From Candidatus Micrarchaeia archaeon (lineage in GTDB: Archaea > Micrarchaeota > Micrarchaeia > Anstonellales > Bilamarchaeaceae): a DNA stretch of 64,000 bases. A program made the position numbers and the translations under genes. This document shows, piece by piece, positions 27,312 to 37,483 of the stretch. The stretch lies in assembly GCA_041649555.1 (NCBI GenBank), contig JBAZMS010000001.1, positions 11,122-75,121 of the forward strand, read 5' to 3'. Numbering within the stretch: the stretch's first letter is position 1; the number at the start of each line of letters is the position of its first letter. The notes below the pieces were generated by a model, which saw nothing but the letters and a program-made list of their open reading frames with translations, did no database searches and had not been told where the DNA came from.

Positions 27312-28571
27312 ATGAAGAAGGCGTTATCACTTTTAATCCTAGTTTTTTTATTTTCAGGAATTTTTGCAGATACAACCTGCAATACTTCCTATACTGAAGA
27401 ATTAAATATCCGTGCACTAGATGCAAACAGCCGTCCAATGCCAGATGTTACAATAACTTTGAGATACCAGCTTAGTGAGAGCACTGGAAAAGGATATGTG
27501 ACTACAATTCCAAAACCAACAGGCAGTGATGGAATAGCGAAAATAAAAATTCAAAATCTGGAAAACCAAATAGATAAGTTAAAATGCGATATAACAATAA
27601 CTGCAGAATATGATGGAAAAGAGATAAAAAAAACAGTATATGCAGGCTCGCATGAATCATTAATAGACCTTAATATTCCGGCGTATAATCTTATTCTTAC
27701 TATCAAAGATCAAAATAACCAAAAAGTAAACGGGGCAACTGTATCTGTCGGGAATTTTACCAAATATACAAACAATGCCGGCATGGTTGGTTTTAGTGTT
27801 GTTTCCGGAGAAAAATTAGTTCTGGCCTCATATGAGGGCGCAAAAAGAGAAGCAATCATTCCTGTTACCAAGGACACCACCTATGATATCTCTTTTTATG
27901 TATCCAACTTAACCATTAATGTTATTGATGATCAGGGCCGGCCCCTTTCGGCAGCAGCAGAATTTTTTGGAAAAACATATAATTCAACACTTGGAAAAAT
28001 AATAATTTCTGATGTCGGGGTCATAAGTCCGGATATAAATGTTATCTGCAATGGAATAACAAAAACCCCAAAAATAAATCTTGATATTTCAAATGAATAT
28101 ACTGTTATTTTTGATACCACCTCCCCGGAATTAATTTCAATAAAAGATCAGAGAACAGATAAATCAACAAGCCTTATCCTGACAATTATAGATCCTGGGT
28201 CAAATCCTTCAGGAATAAATGAAAATACTCTGGCTGTTAATTATGATTATGGAAACGGATGGAAATATGCAAAAATTTTTCCAAAAGGTTCCGGAGTCTA
28301 CATCGCTGAAATGGATCCGATCAATTTTGATACGATAGTTTTTTTTTCAATTTATGTTGAAGATAAGGAAGGAAATACAATAACTATTCCAGGTCAATAC
28401 GAAATATTTACGACAATTCTTCCAAATGAAAATGGAAACCCCACTGATCCAGAAAAGCCAGATTGGCTATCCGAACTTTTTTTTACTCTTATTTTACCTC
28501 TGTTATTAATTGCTGCAATCCTTTTTGGAGCGTTTTATGCATACTTAAAATTCATTAAAAAAGAGGAGTGA
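27312..28571 (+). CDS. Cell-surface protein with repeated Ig-like / carboxypeptidase-regulatory-like beta-sandwich domains and C-terminal TM anchor
   Basis: Signal peptide (LLILVFLFSGIFA). Repeated segments of type TITLRY / LTIKDQNNQKVNGATVSV. C-terminal hydrophobic helix LFFTLILPLLLIAAILFGAFYAYL followed by KFIKKEE. Confidence 0.55.
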   Translation: MKKALSLLILVFLFSGIFADTTCNTSYTEELNIRALDANSRPMPDVTITLRYQLSESTGKGYVTTIPKPTGSDGIAKIKIQNLENQIDKLKCDITITAEYDGKEIKKTVYAGSHESLIDLNIPAYNLILTIKDQNNQKVNGATVSVGNFTKYTNNAGMVGFSVVSGEKLVLASYEGAKREAIIPVTKDTTYDISFYVSNLTINVIDDQGRPLSAAAEFFGKTYNSTLGKIIISDVGVISPDINVICNGITKTPKINLDISNEYTVIFDTTSPELISIKDQRTDKSTSLILTIIDPGSNPSGINENTLAVNYDYGNGWKYAKIFPKGSGVYIAEMDPINFDTIVFFSIYVEDKEGNTITIPGQYEIFTTILPNENGNPTDPEKPDWLSELFFTLILPLLLIAAILFGAFYAYLKFIKKEE

Positions 28572-28652
28572 ACTTATATGGGTTTTAAAGTAAAGCTTTA
28601 TAAATATTAAGTTTCATAATATAAACATATAAAATAACAATAACAAACACAA

Positions 28653-29405
28653 ATGGTGAAAAATATGCCCCGTGGAAAAAGAATTAATATCGAAATGAAT
28701 GTTGATGATGCGATTATTGACAGATTCAGGGATATCGACCCTGAAAATATAAAACGGTCAAGAAGCAAGGTTGAAAAGTCTCTTTCAAGCTCAGTTAACT
28801 CTGTTTTTGAATCAGCGCAAAAACTTTATAAGACAAGAGCAACTGAAGATGATATACAAAAAAACAGGCTTTATTCTGTGCAGGACGCATATGACTATTT
28901 GAAAGGAAAGGGGCTTTATATATCATTCCGGGCATTTGGCGGAAGAATAGAACGGGGCACAGTGCCTTTTGTTAAAATTGGAAGAAAAAGATATATCCCG
29001 CAGGCAGTGCTTGAAGACATCTTAAATCTTGGAAATGATTTTTACACAGTACGCGATGCATTTGAGGAATACAAACAATCCAATAAAAAAATAAATTACC
29101 GGGCATTTATCGGAAGGGTTGAAAAAGGTTCAGTTCCATCAGTCAAAATTGGAACACGAAGATTAATCCCAAAAGATGCAGTTGAAGCCCTAACCCATGT
29201 AAGCAAGGATTATTTTTCTGTTTCAGAATCTCTTGAAAAACTCCACAAAAAAGGAATAAAAATCAGGAGAAATGCATTCGAAAGAAGATTAGACCGTGGA
29301 AGAATCCCGCACACAAAAGTTGGTGGAAGAAGATTTGTCAGAAACGATGTTTTGGATAAATTAATCCAGCTTGAGACTGAACTTCGGGAAAAAAAATTAA
29401 GGTAA
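28653..29405 (+). CDS. DNA-binding protein composed of three tandem excisionase-type (MerR-superfamily, HTH_17-like) helix-turn-helix repeats after a 70-aa N-terminal region
   Basis: Three ~53-aa internal repeats (nt about 28872-29030, 29043-29201, 29214-29372), each with the pattern (Y/F)(S/T)V..a...l.....I..RAF..R.E.G.VP..KIG.RR.IP...v...L, which resembles the Xis-like vkiGrrwriP signature. Confidence 0.5.
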   Translation: MVKNMPRGKRINIEMNVDDAIIDRFRDIDPENIKRSRSKVEKSLSSSVNSVFESAQKLYKTRATEDDIQKNRLYSVQDAYDYLKGKGLYISFRAFGGRIERGTVPFVKIGRKRYIPQAVLEDILNLGNDFYTVRDAFEEYKQSNKKINYRAFIGRVEKGSVPSVKIGTRRLIPKDAVEALTHVSKDYFSVSESLEKLHKKGIKIRRNAFERRLDRGRIPHTKVGGRRFVRNDVLDKLIQLETELREKKLR

Positions 29406-29436
29406 TCTTTTATTTTATTCTTTTTATTTTATTATT

Positions 29437-31812
29437 ATGGAAAAATCCTTTTTTATAGATCTTGGTCAAAAAATTATCGATAATACTACTTATGCCGAGT
29501 TTATTCTTAAAAACGAAAACGGCGAAGTAAAAAAATTATTATACCAATTTGATCCGTATTTTTATGTCTCCTGCATGCCAAAAGAAAAATCCACTCTTGA
29601 AAAATTAGCAGTAAAATCAAAAACAGGGGAAATTATAACCCCTAAAAAAGTCGAATTTGTCCAAAAAGAAGTAGAAGGCACCATAAAAACCATTGCAAAA
29701 ATATCCTGCAACACTCCATTGGATGTTCCATTACTTAGGGATTTGATACCTTATCCTTGCCTGGAATCTGCAATATTATATGTTAAAAGAATTATGCTTG
29801 ATTTTGGAATAAAACCCTTTTCCATCCTTTCTTACACCTGCGAAGGCAATTTCATAAAAAAAATAAATAAAATTTCAGAATCCGGATCAATTCCCCTTTC
29901 CTTTCTATCATTTGATATAGAAACATATAATCCTTTTGGCGCCCCAAGGCCGGAAAAAGACCCAGTAATTATGATAAGCTATTGCACCTCTAAAAACTCC
30001 GGGGTGCTGACATATTCTAAAAAAACCAAAAAGAAATTTGTGGAATCCTTTGAAAACGAATCAGGCATAATAAAAAAATTATGCGAAATCATCTCCAAAA
30101 CCAATCCAGATATTATATTTGCCTACAATTCCAGCAATTTTGATATTCCCTATCTTCTCGAAAGATCCGGAATTCTTAAAATTGATTTTGAGCTTGGGCG
30201 ATGGGATAGTGATTTTAAAAAAATAAAAAAAGGGCTGACTTCAGGAATTCCTTTGAATGGAAGAATCCATCTTGATCTCTATCCAATGGCCAGATTTCTC
30301 GGCTTAATTGGAATCTTAAAATCCAAAAAATATACACTCGAGGCAGTATATAATGAACTTGGCTCTGACAAAAAAAAGATGATAGAGCGCCTTGACATTT
30401 GGAAAATGTGGGATGAAAACGACATAGAAGACCTCTGCCAGTATTCGTTAATGGATGCAAAAACAACTTATGAACTTGGGGAAATAATGCTGCCTCTTTT
30501 TTTAGAGCTCTCCAAACTTACCGGGCTTTCCTTGTTTGAGACAAGCCTTTCAACAACAGGGCAGATGGTTGAATTTCTTTTGATGCGAGAGAGTGTAAAA
30601 CAAAATATTATTATCCCCTCACGGCCAAAAGATTCTACAATTTCCCAAAGGCTTTCAAATCCAATTGAAGGGGCATTTGTCAAGATTCCAAACCCGGGAA
30701 TTTATGAAAATATCGTTGTTATGGATTTTCGCGGACTGTATCCATCAATAATAATCTCCTATAATATTGATCCGCATACGCTAACCGAATCAAAAATAGA
30801 TTCCCATCATTCCCCTGCTGGCTGGAACTTTAGAAAATCCCCAACAGGCCTTATTCCATCTGTTCTCAAAACCCTTGTAACTGAACGGGCAAAACTGAAA
30901 AAAGAGCTAAAAATGGAAAAAAATACAGAAAAATATAAATCCATAGAGGCAAAATCCCAATCCTATAAAATTATCTCAAATTCGTTTTATGGTTATCTTG
31001 GATATGCCCGGTCAAGATGGTATAGCAGAAAATGCGCAGAGTCTGTAACTGCATGGGGAAGGGCGCACATACAGAAAACTATCGAAAATGCAGAAAAAGC
31101 CGGATTTATTGTTCTTTATGGGGATACTGATTCTGTTTTCTTGTTGCAGGAAAAAAAGAGCAAGAAAGAAGTCATGGAATTTTTAAAAAGCATAAACAAG
31201 GATCTTCCAGAGGAGATGGAACTTGAACTCGAAGGATTTTTTCCATCCGGCGTTTTTGTCGGAAAAAAATCCGAAGAAAAAGGAGCAAAGAAAAAATATG
31301 CTCTTTTAGCCGAGGATGGCTTAATAAAAATCAGGGGTTTTGAACTTGTAAGAAGGGATTGGTCTAATATTGCAAAAAAAACACAGCGAAGGGTCCTTGA
31401 AATAATTTTAAAAGAAAAAGACAAGGAAAAAGCTGCAAAAGTTGTAAAAGATACGATTACAGAGCTAAAAACAGGAAAGGTTGTTTTATCTGATCTTGCA
31501 ATCTATACCCAGATAAGCAAGGACCCTAAAAAATACGATTTGATAAGCCCTGAAATATCTGCTGCAAGAAAAGCAATAGAAAAAGGAGTGCCAATCCCCA
31601 AAGGAAGTTTGATTAGCTATGTAATCACCAAAAAGGGGAAAACAATTTCAGAGAAAGCCGAATTAACCCAATTTGCAAAAGATTATGATGCAGATTATTA
31701 TATCAATAATCAAGTGCTTCCATCAGTTATGAAAATATTAAAAGAGCTTGGTTTTTCACATGAGGATTTAAAGTTTGGCGGCAAACAAACAGGCCTTGGC
31801 GGATTTTTATAA
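29437..31812 (+). CDS. polB: Family B DNA polymerase
   Basis: Exo I FDIETY. Motif A DFRGLYPSIIISYN. Motif C VLYGDTDSVFL. KKKYALL (motif B-like KxY). About 791 aa. Confidence 0.85.
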   Translation: MEKSFFIDLGQKIIDNTTYAEFILKNENGEVKKLLYQFDPYFYVSCMPKEKSTLEKLAVKSKTGEIITPKKVEFVQKEVEGTIKTIAKISCNTPLDVPLLRDLIPYPCLESAILYVKRIMLDFGIKPFSILSYTCEGNFIKKINKISESGSIPLSFLSFDIETYNPFGAPRPEKDPVIMISYCTSKNSGVLTYSKKTKKKFVESFENESGIIKKLCEIISKTNPDIIFAYNSSNFDIPYLLERSGILKIDFELGRWDSDFKKIKKGLTSGIPLNGRIHLDLYPMARFLGLIGILKSKKYTLEAVYNELGSDKKKMIERLDIWKMWDENDIEDLCQYSLMDAKTTYELGEIMLPLFLELSKLTGLSLFETSLSTTGQMVEFLLMRESVKQNIIIPSRPKDSTISQRLSNPIEGAFVKIPNPGIYENIVVMDFRGLYPSIIISYNIDPHTLTESKIDSHHSPAGWNFRKSPTGLIPSVLKTLVTERAKLKKELKMEKNTEKYKSIEAKSQSYKIISNSFYGYLGYARSRWYSRKCAESVTAWGRAHIQKTIENAEKAGFIVLYGDTDSVFLLQEKKSKKEVMEFLKSINKDLPEEMELELEGFFPSGVFVGKKSEEKGAKKKYALLAEDGLIKIRGFELVRRDWSNIAKKTQRRVLEIILKEKDKEKAAKVVKDTITELKTGKVVLSDLAIYTQISKDPKKYDLISPEISAARKAIEKGVPIPKGSLISYVITKKGKTISEKAELTQFAKDYDADYYINNQVLPSVMKILKELGFSHEDLKFGGKQTGLGGFL

Positions 31813-31847
31813 TCCTTTAAATATTTTTTGCAATTAAAAGGAAACCT

Positions 31848-32588
31848 ATGAGAGTTGCGTTTAAGAAAATGTCATCCAAAAAGAAAACAATCACACACTC
31901 TCTTTTAAATAAGGGAATAATTGCCGCCAGCTCAATTTGTCTTGCCGTCTCGGTGTTATCTTGCATGCATCAAAAGACAACCCCGAAATTCAATACCTGC
32001 GAGCCTGCCATAAGTGTTTATGCTCCAAAACCCAGTGAAAAAAAATCTTTTGAAAAACTTATTTCTGAAATGCAGGAATTAGAAAAAATGAAGCAAGAAA
32101 AAGATGCAATAGGCAGCATTTTGGCCTGCATAGATACAATCACCTGCCTTGGAATCAATATGGCAAGCAAAAAACCAGAGCATAGAATTGAAACATCCGG
32201 CTATATCCCCCCTATTTTATCCGAATGCGAGTTAATTGATTTCCGCATCTTAAATATACTGGAAAAATCAATGCAGGATAAACAGGATCAGGTAAGAATC
32301 AATGCCTCAAAAACACTTTCACACCTTATTTTTTTACTTAAAAGTAGTGATGCCAAAAACAATGTTTCTTTTTGGGCGCGGGTATTTGCAATATATCCGG
32401 ATTATTTCAAACCCGGAAAAACAAAAACATCATTTAGAACAGAAAGTGTTATCTTTAGCGTGTTGGCAATACTTTCAACTGCAAAAAAAGATTCAAATCC
32501 GCTTGTAAGATCAAATGCAATTAATGCAGAAGGGTTATTATACGAGAATACCCCAGTTCTGGCTGCAAACATTTTACCAGTGCGATAA
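31848..32588 (+). CDS. Hypothetical protein with N-terminal signal anchor/lipoprotein-like leader and possible HEAT-like repeats
   Basis: IIAASSICLAVSVLSCM hydrophobic leader. Repeated D..VR.NA...L-type helical motifs. Weak. Confidence 0.3.
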   Translation: MRVAFKKMSSKKKTITHSLLNKGIIAASSICLAVSVLSCMHQKTTPKFNTCEPAISVYAPKPSEKKSFEKLISEMQELEKMKQEKDAIGSILACIDTITCLGINMASKKPEHRIETSGYIPPILSECELIDFRILNILEKSMQDKQDQVRINASKTLSHLIFLLKSSDAKNNVSFWARVFAIYPDYFKPGKTKTSFRTESVIFSVLAILSTAKKDSNPLVRSNAINAEGLLYENTPVLAANILPVR

Positions 32589-32655
32589 AGCAAACACTAT
32601 ATTTATAAATACTAACCTCTATAATTATTTCCACAAATTTCCTATCAGTGATAAC

Positions 32656-33165
32656 ATGATTTCTGAAGAATCAAGAGAAGAAATAAAAAAACTTGAAGAC
32701 CGAAAACTTGTTCTAATCCAATCTATAAAAAAATTAAATGATAGGAAGAAATACAAAACATACGAACAAAAAGCATTAGGGCCATTTGTCGAAAAAACAA
32801 AAGATGTCCGGACAGGAAATATCAGGAGGGGAATAAAATCTGTTGAATTCAGGATTGCAACCCAGGCATACACCCCAAAAAAAGAAAAAGACCTTATAAA
32901 AGAGCTGAAAAAATTAGAATCCGATTACTCAAAAGTAAGAGAGGTTGAACGGGCAAGAAGAAAACTTTCATTGGTTTCATCAGATTTAATCCAGATAGAT
33001 AATGAGATTCTAAAAATTGAAGAAGAGCTTAAAAAAATAAGGGAAACCCTTCAGGAGCATTATAAAAAACAAAAATTCAATAGGTTTGCAAAAAGCAAAG
33101 GAGTGACAATTGGAAGGCAGGAAGAGGAGTTTTCGCTAATGGACCTTGCCCAGCTTGAAAATTGA
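32656..33165 (+). CDS. Coiled-coil protein. The ORF-track start at 32515 overlaps the upstream gene, and MISEES at 32656 is more plausible
   Basis: Highly charged heptad-rich sequence (EEIKKLEDRKLVLIQSIKKLNDRKK ... LKIEEELKKIRETLQEH). Confidence 0.4.
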   Translation: MISEESREEIKKLEDRKLVLIQSIKKLNDRKKYKTYEQKALGPFVEKTKDVRTGNIRRGIKSVEFRIATQAYTPKKEKDLIKELKKLESDYSKVREVERARRKLSLVSSDLIQIDNEILKIEEELKKIRETLQEHYKKQKFNRFAKSKGVTIGRQEEEFSLMDLAQLEN

Positions 33166-33254
33166 AAAACCCGCGCAAACTAACATCGCACAACCATTTG
33201 CAAAACATTTGATTTATATATTTTTTCTATATAATTACTACAAAGAGGTCTATT

Positions 33255-34136
33255 ATGCAGGATAAATCATTTCTTTTAAAATCCGGCTTGGCGCAGATGC
33301 TAAAAGGCGGGGTAATAATGGATGTTACAAATCCAGAGCAGGCCAAAATTGCAGAAAACGCAGGAGCTGTTGCAGTAATGGCGCTTGAAAGAGTTCCAGC
33401 AGACATAAGAACCCAGGGAGGGGTTGCAAGAATGTCTGATCCAAAAATGATTCTTGAAATAAAAAAAGCAGTTTCAATTCCAGTTATGGCAAAATGCAGG
33501 ATTGGCCATTTTGCAGAAGCACAAATACTTGAGGCAATAAAGGTTGATTATATTGATGAAAGCGAGGTTTTAACCCCGGCAGATGATAAATACCACATCG
33601 AAAAGACAAGATTCAAGGTTCCGTTTGTCTGTGGTGCAAGAAACTTAGGAGAAGCCCTTAGAAGACTAAATGAAGGCGCAGCAATGATTAGAACCAAAGG
33701 AGAGGCAGGCTCAGGAAATATTGTTGAGGCAGTAAAACATATAAGAACAATAAAAGAGGAAATCGATGAACTTAATTTGATGAATGCAAAAGAACTGGAA
33801 AAAAAAGCAAAGGAATACCGCGTTCCAATAAAATTGGTGGAGAACACAAAAGAACTCAAAAGATTGCCGGTTGTTAATTTTGCTGCAGGAGGAATTGCAA
33901 CACCTGCTGATGCCTCGTTATGCATGCAGCTTGGAGTTGACGGAGTATTTGTTGGTTCTGGAATATTTAAATCAAATGACCCGCAAAAAAGAGCAAAAGC
34001 AATAGTGGATGCAACAGCACATTTCAATGATCCTGAAAGAGTTGCAAAAGCATCAGAAGGCCTTGGGGAAGCAATGAAAGGGCTTGATGTTGCCTCAATG
34101 AAGGAAGAAGAACGGCTTGCAAAAAGAGGAATCTAA
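33255..34136 (+). CDS. pdxS: Pyridoxal 5'-phosphate synthase lyase subunit
   Basis: [41 protein letters not shown] is the canonical PdxS/Pdx1 N-terminus. Length 293 aa. Confidence 0.9.
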   Translation: MQDKSFLLKSGLAQMLKGGVIMDVTNPEQAKIAENAGAVAVMALERVPADIRTQGGVARMSDPKMILEIKKAVSIPVMAKCRIGHFAEAQILEAIKVDYIDESEVLTPADDKYHIEKTRFKVPFVCGARNLGEALRRLNEGAAMIRTKGEAGSGNIVEAVKHIRTIKEEIDELNLMNAKELEKKAKEYRVPIKLVENTKELKRLPVVNFAAGGIATPADASLCMQLGVDGVFVGSGIFKSNDPQKRAKAIVDATAHFNDPERVAKASEGLGEAMKGLDVASMKEEERLAKRGI

Positions 34137-34893
34137 ATTGAAATATTATTCTTTTTTAAAAACACTTGCAAAAAATGCAGGAAAAATAATAGAGGCAGGA
34201 TATTTTGGAGAAATTAATTTTAAGGAAAAGAGCACGCAGGATTACATCACCCAGTTTGATATAAGGGTTGAAAAATTCATAAAAAAACAACTCTCAAAAA
34301 AATATCCAACCCACAATATTCTTGCAGAAGAAAGCGGTTCTTCTGATGATAAAAAATCAGATTATTTATGGATAATTGATCCAATAGACGGGACAACAAA
34401 TTTTATTCACAAAATCCCGATGTGCGCGATTTCAATTGCCCTTGAATATAAAAAAAAGCTTATCGCAGGGCTGGTTTATAACCCAATTACCAAAGAATTT
34501 TTTTATGCTGAAAAAAATTCGGGTGCATATCTGAATGGAAAAAAATTAAGAATAGGAAACAGCCCAAAAATAAAAGACTGGTTTCTTGCATGGTGCTATC
34601 CGGATTCAATGAGAAATGAAAAAGGTATAAAAAGAATTTTTGACTTGTTTTATCCAAAATGCCTTCGAATTACAAAACTTGGAAGTGCTGCAATCGAGCT
34701 TGCCTATGTTGCATCCGGAAGGGTTGATGGCTACATTTCAACAGGCTTGAAAAAATGGGATTATGCCGCAGGAGAGCTGATTGTAAAAGAGGCAGGAGGA
34801 GTGCTTTTAAAAGAAAGAATAGGAAAAGGTAATCTGTTTATTGCATCCTCAAAAAAGAATGCAAAAATCATTCTTGCCATGCTTAGGGATTAA
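34117..34893 (+). CDS. Inositol monophosphatase / fructose-1,6-bisphosphatase family (SuhB-like). May initiate at TTG 34138 just after the pdxS stop
   Basis: Metal-binding motifs EESG...[14 protein letters not shown] and later [10 protein letters not shown] typical of the IMPase family. Confidence 0.75.
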   Translation: MQKEESKLKYYSFLKTLAKNAGKIIEAGYFGEINFKEKSTQDYITQFDIRVEKFIKKQLSKKYPTHNILAEESGSSDDKKSDYLWIIDPIDGTTNFIHKIPMCAISIALEYKKKLIAGLVYNPITKEFFYAEKNSGAYLNGKKLRIGNSPKIKDWFLAWCYPDSMRNEKGIKRIFDLFYPKCLRITKLGSAAIELAYVASGRVDGYISTGLKKWDYAAGELIVKEAGGVLLKERIGKGNLFIASSKKNAKIILAMLRD

Positions 34894-34971
34894 ATGTTAT
34901 TTAAATAGGCAACTTATAGGTTTTTAAAGTTAATTCTTCATATAATATCATTAATATTAACAAAATGAGGT

Positions 34972-35877
34972 GTGTATATGGCAGGAGTTCAAATTCATGG
35001 AAAACAAGTATTAAAAGTTAGGGTTGGGGGCCAGATAACAAATTTGCTGGTTCTTTGTGGCAATGGTTCAACAAGGCCTTTTGATGTTCATCCCTTGGTT
35101 GAAGAGTTCAATAAAGAGAATAACACAAACCTCAGAGTCGTATCCCACAGAGTTGCTGATGCTGCACAAATGACTAGTGAAGTCTGGAGACAACTTCCAT
35201 CCTATGTTGTTGATGCTTCAATTGCCTATGAAAGGCCGGGCACAAAATTAGGAAAGGAAATAGTATTTTTCAGCAGCGGAAACCCAAAAGTGGTTTTATC
35301 AACAGGTAAATACAAAGGGGAAAAAGATGTGGCTCTTGTAGCTTTGGGATTGACTTCTGCTGATTTTATTAAAGATGAAAATTCAATTGTTTTGGCTATT
35401 CCAGACAGCAGATTGATAGTTGTTCCAAATTTCCCAGGTTCAGATGGCTGGTATATACCACATGCTGAGACTGGAGTTCCTCATGGAAAGAGAGTAAATG
35501 CTAGACAAGATGCTAGATATCTTTCGAGATTGTATACTTCTTCATATGTGGGCCCTGTTGCCCGCGGCTACGACGGCCTCGACGGCAACGGCGGGCAGGG
35601 TGTCGGCCTCGACTTCAGGCCGTCGGGTGGTCTCGGGGTGGTGGTAGAAGTCCCCGAAGGGGACGTTGCGAAAATCGAGGCGCTTCTTAAGCCAGCTAGA
35701 GCATCCGAAATTGACAACAAAACAGCCATTGAGGTGCCGGGCATTTCACTTAAGAAATTAAGTGGTCTTTATCAGGAGGCAACAAAAGCTGTTTTGAAAT
35801 TGAATGGAGTAGTTGATGCCAAGCTTTTAGAACCAATTCAAGAATTATTAAAATATTTGGGAAAAGCAAGGTTTTAA
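34972..35877 (+). CDS. Hypothetical protein containing an internal GC-rich segment
   Basis: 301-aa ORF. Gly-rich segment VARGYDGLDGNGGQGVGLDFRPSGGLGVVVEVPEGD is encoded by strongly GC-biased codons unlike the flanks. Confidence 0.4.
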   Translation: MYMAGVQIHGKQVLKVRVGGQITNLLVLCGNGSTRPFDVHPLVEEFNKENNTNLRVVSHRVADAAQMTSEVWRQLPSYVVDASIAYERPGTKLGKEIVFFSSGNPKVVLSTGKYKGEKDVALVALGLTSADFIKDENSIVLAIPDSRLIVVPNFPGSDGWYIPHAETGVPHGKRVNARQDARYLSRLYTSSYVGPVARGYDGLDGNGGQGVGLDFRPSGGLGVVVEVPEGDVAKIEALLKPARASEIDNKTAIEVPGISLKKLSGLYQEATKAVLKLNGVVDAKLLEPIQELLKYLGKARF

Positions 35878-35974
35878 TATTCACATCAATACCAGAACTA
35901 TCTATCAAGCAAGGTCATAACCTTGAGGTAGCTAGTATTATCCTTTTTATTTTTATCAGCACAAGATATTAAAT

Positions 35975-36532
35975 GTGAAAATTGGAATTTTATCACTGCA
36001 GGGCGATGTAATAGAGCATTTTAATGCCACAAAAAGAGCAGCCGAAGAATTAAAACCAGATGCACTAATAACCGAGGTAAGGGAAAAAAAAGATTTTGAA
36101 AATTTAAATGCCCTGATTATTCCCGGAGGAGAAAGTACAACTCTAATGAAATTACTCCAAAGGGAAGATCTAATTGAAGAAATAAAAAAAATAAGAAATA
36201 TTTTTGGAACCTGCGCCGGTGCAATTCTTCTTTCAAAATCCCATCTGGATTTAATGGATATTGAAGTGGAAAGAAATGCCTATGGATCGCAATTGGATTC
36301 CTTTTCAAAAAAAATCCACACTTCACTTGGTGAAATAGAAGGGATTTTTATAAGAGCCCCAAAAATAAAGTCTTTTGGCAGGAATGTTTCGATATTTGCA
36401 AAAAATAGAAATGAAATTGTCGGTGTTGAGCAGAAAAAAAAAGAAAATTATTATCTGGCAGTTACTTTCCATCCAGAGCTTTCAGGTACAAAAATACATA
36501 AATATTTTATCCAAAAAATTGAACAAAAATAA
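35975..36532 (+). CDS. pdxT: Pyridoxal 5'-phosphate synthase glutaminase subunit
   Basis: MKIGILSLQGDVIEHF start. Catalytic Cys in GTCAGAILL. HPEL near C-terminus. 185 aa. Confidence 0.85.
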   Translation: MKIGILSLQGDVIEHFNATKRAAEELKPDALITEVREKKDFENLNALIIPGGESTTLMKLLQREDLIEEIKKIRNIFGTCAGAILLSKSHLDLMDIEVERNAYGSQLDSFSKKIHTSLGEIEGIFIRAPKIKSFGRNVSIFAKNRNEIVGVEQKKKENYYLAVTFHPELSGTKIHKYFIQKIEQK

Positions 36533-37441
36533 TTATTTCGTGAGTATTTCAACACCATCAGATAAGACAAGGATTGTGTGTTCTGCCTGTGAAACAAGCC
36601 CGTCTCCGGAATCTTTTAAAACAGGATACGCCCTTATTACCTGCTCTCTTAAGAGTTCTTTTAGGGCCGCAGAAACTGATAATCTTGAAGGAAATTTTTT
36701 ATTAAGCCATCTTTCAGAAAAAGGCAGCAGTTCATATTCTCCGATGATATGATTTAAAATTTGCCGCGATTGCCTCATCTTAACAGGGCTTAATGAATAA
36801 AGGCTAAATATCTCCACTTGGTCTAAATCTGAAACAAAACCAGAGCCAGTGCTTGCAAAAGGTTCGATTGCATAAATTTCCCCCTCCTGCACTTCATAGG
36901 GGTCAGTTGTTTTTACATTTGGAACATCAATACCTGAATGCAATAATCCAGTAGTTATTTTATGGCCTGTAAGATTGGAAACAGGCTTAAAACCAAAGGA
37001 TTTTATCCTCTCTTCTATGACCCCTCCAATATCTCCTATTTTTGCGCCGGGTTTGATAAACTCAATTGCACTATTTAATGCCTCTTCTGAGGCCTGCACC
37101 AAACTCTTGTTTTTTTCAGATAAGTCTATTGTATAAGCAGTATCCCCAATCCCCCCATGAATATCAACCCCAATATCTATTTTTACAACATCTTCTTCTC
37201 CGAGCAATTCTTTGGTATTGCTTTCAGGGGTATAATGTGCAGCAATTGAATTAAGTGAAACATTTACAGGAAATGCAGGCCTTCCTCCTTCATCATAAAT
37301 CATTTTTTCTATGGTTTCTGCAATATCCAAAATGCTTTCTCCCGGCATAATAAGTTTTTTGCTTTCCTCTCTTATTCGTGCTGCCATCTTTCCGGCGTTT
37401 CTAAAATCATCAATATTAATATCCTCGTTCATAATAATCAA
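36533..37441 (-). CDS. map: Methionine aminopeptidase, type 2 (archaeal)
   Basis: Pita-bread fold motifs: NSIAAHYTP, DIGVDIHGGIGDTAYT, GHKITTGLLHSG, EIYAIEPFASTGSG. Confidence 0.85.
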   Translation of the reverse strand: MIIMNEDINIDDFRNAGKMAARIREESKKLIMPGESILDIAETIEKMIYDEGGRPAFPVNVSLNSIAAHYTPESNTKELLGEEDVVKIDIGVDIHGGIGDTAYTIDLSEKNKSLVQASEEALNSAIEFIKPGAKIGDIGGVIEERIKSFGFKPVSNLTGHKITTGLLHSGIDVPNVKTTDPYEVQEGEIYAIEPFASTGSGFVSDLDQVEIFSLYSLSPVKMRQSRQILNHIIGEYELLPFSERWLNKKFPSRLSVSAALKELLREQVIRAYPVLKDSGDGLVSQAEHTILVLSDGVEILTK

Positions 37442-37483
37442 ATATATTTGAAAGGAAAAATATTAAATTGGATTTACAGCCAG

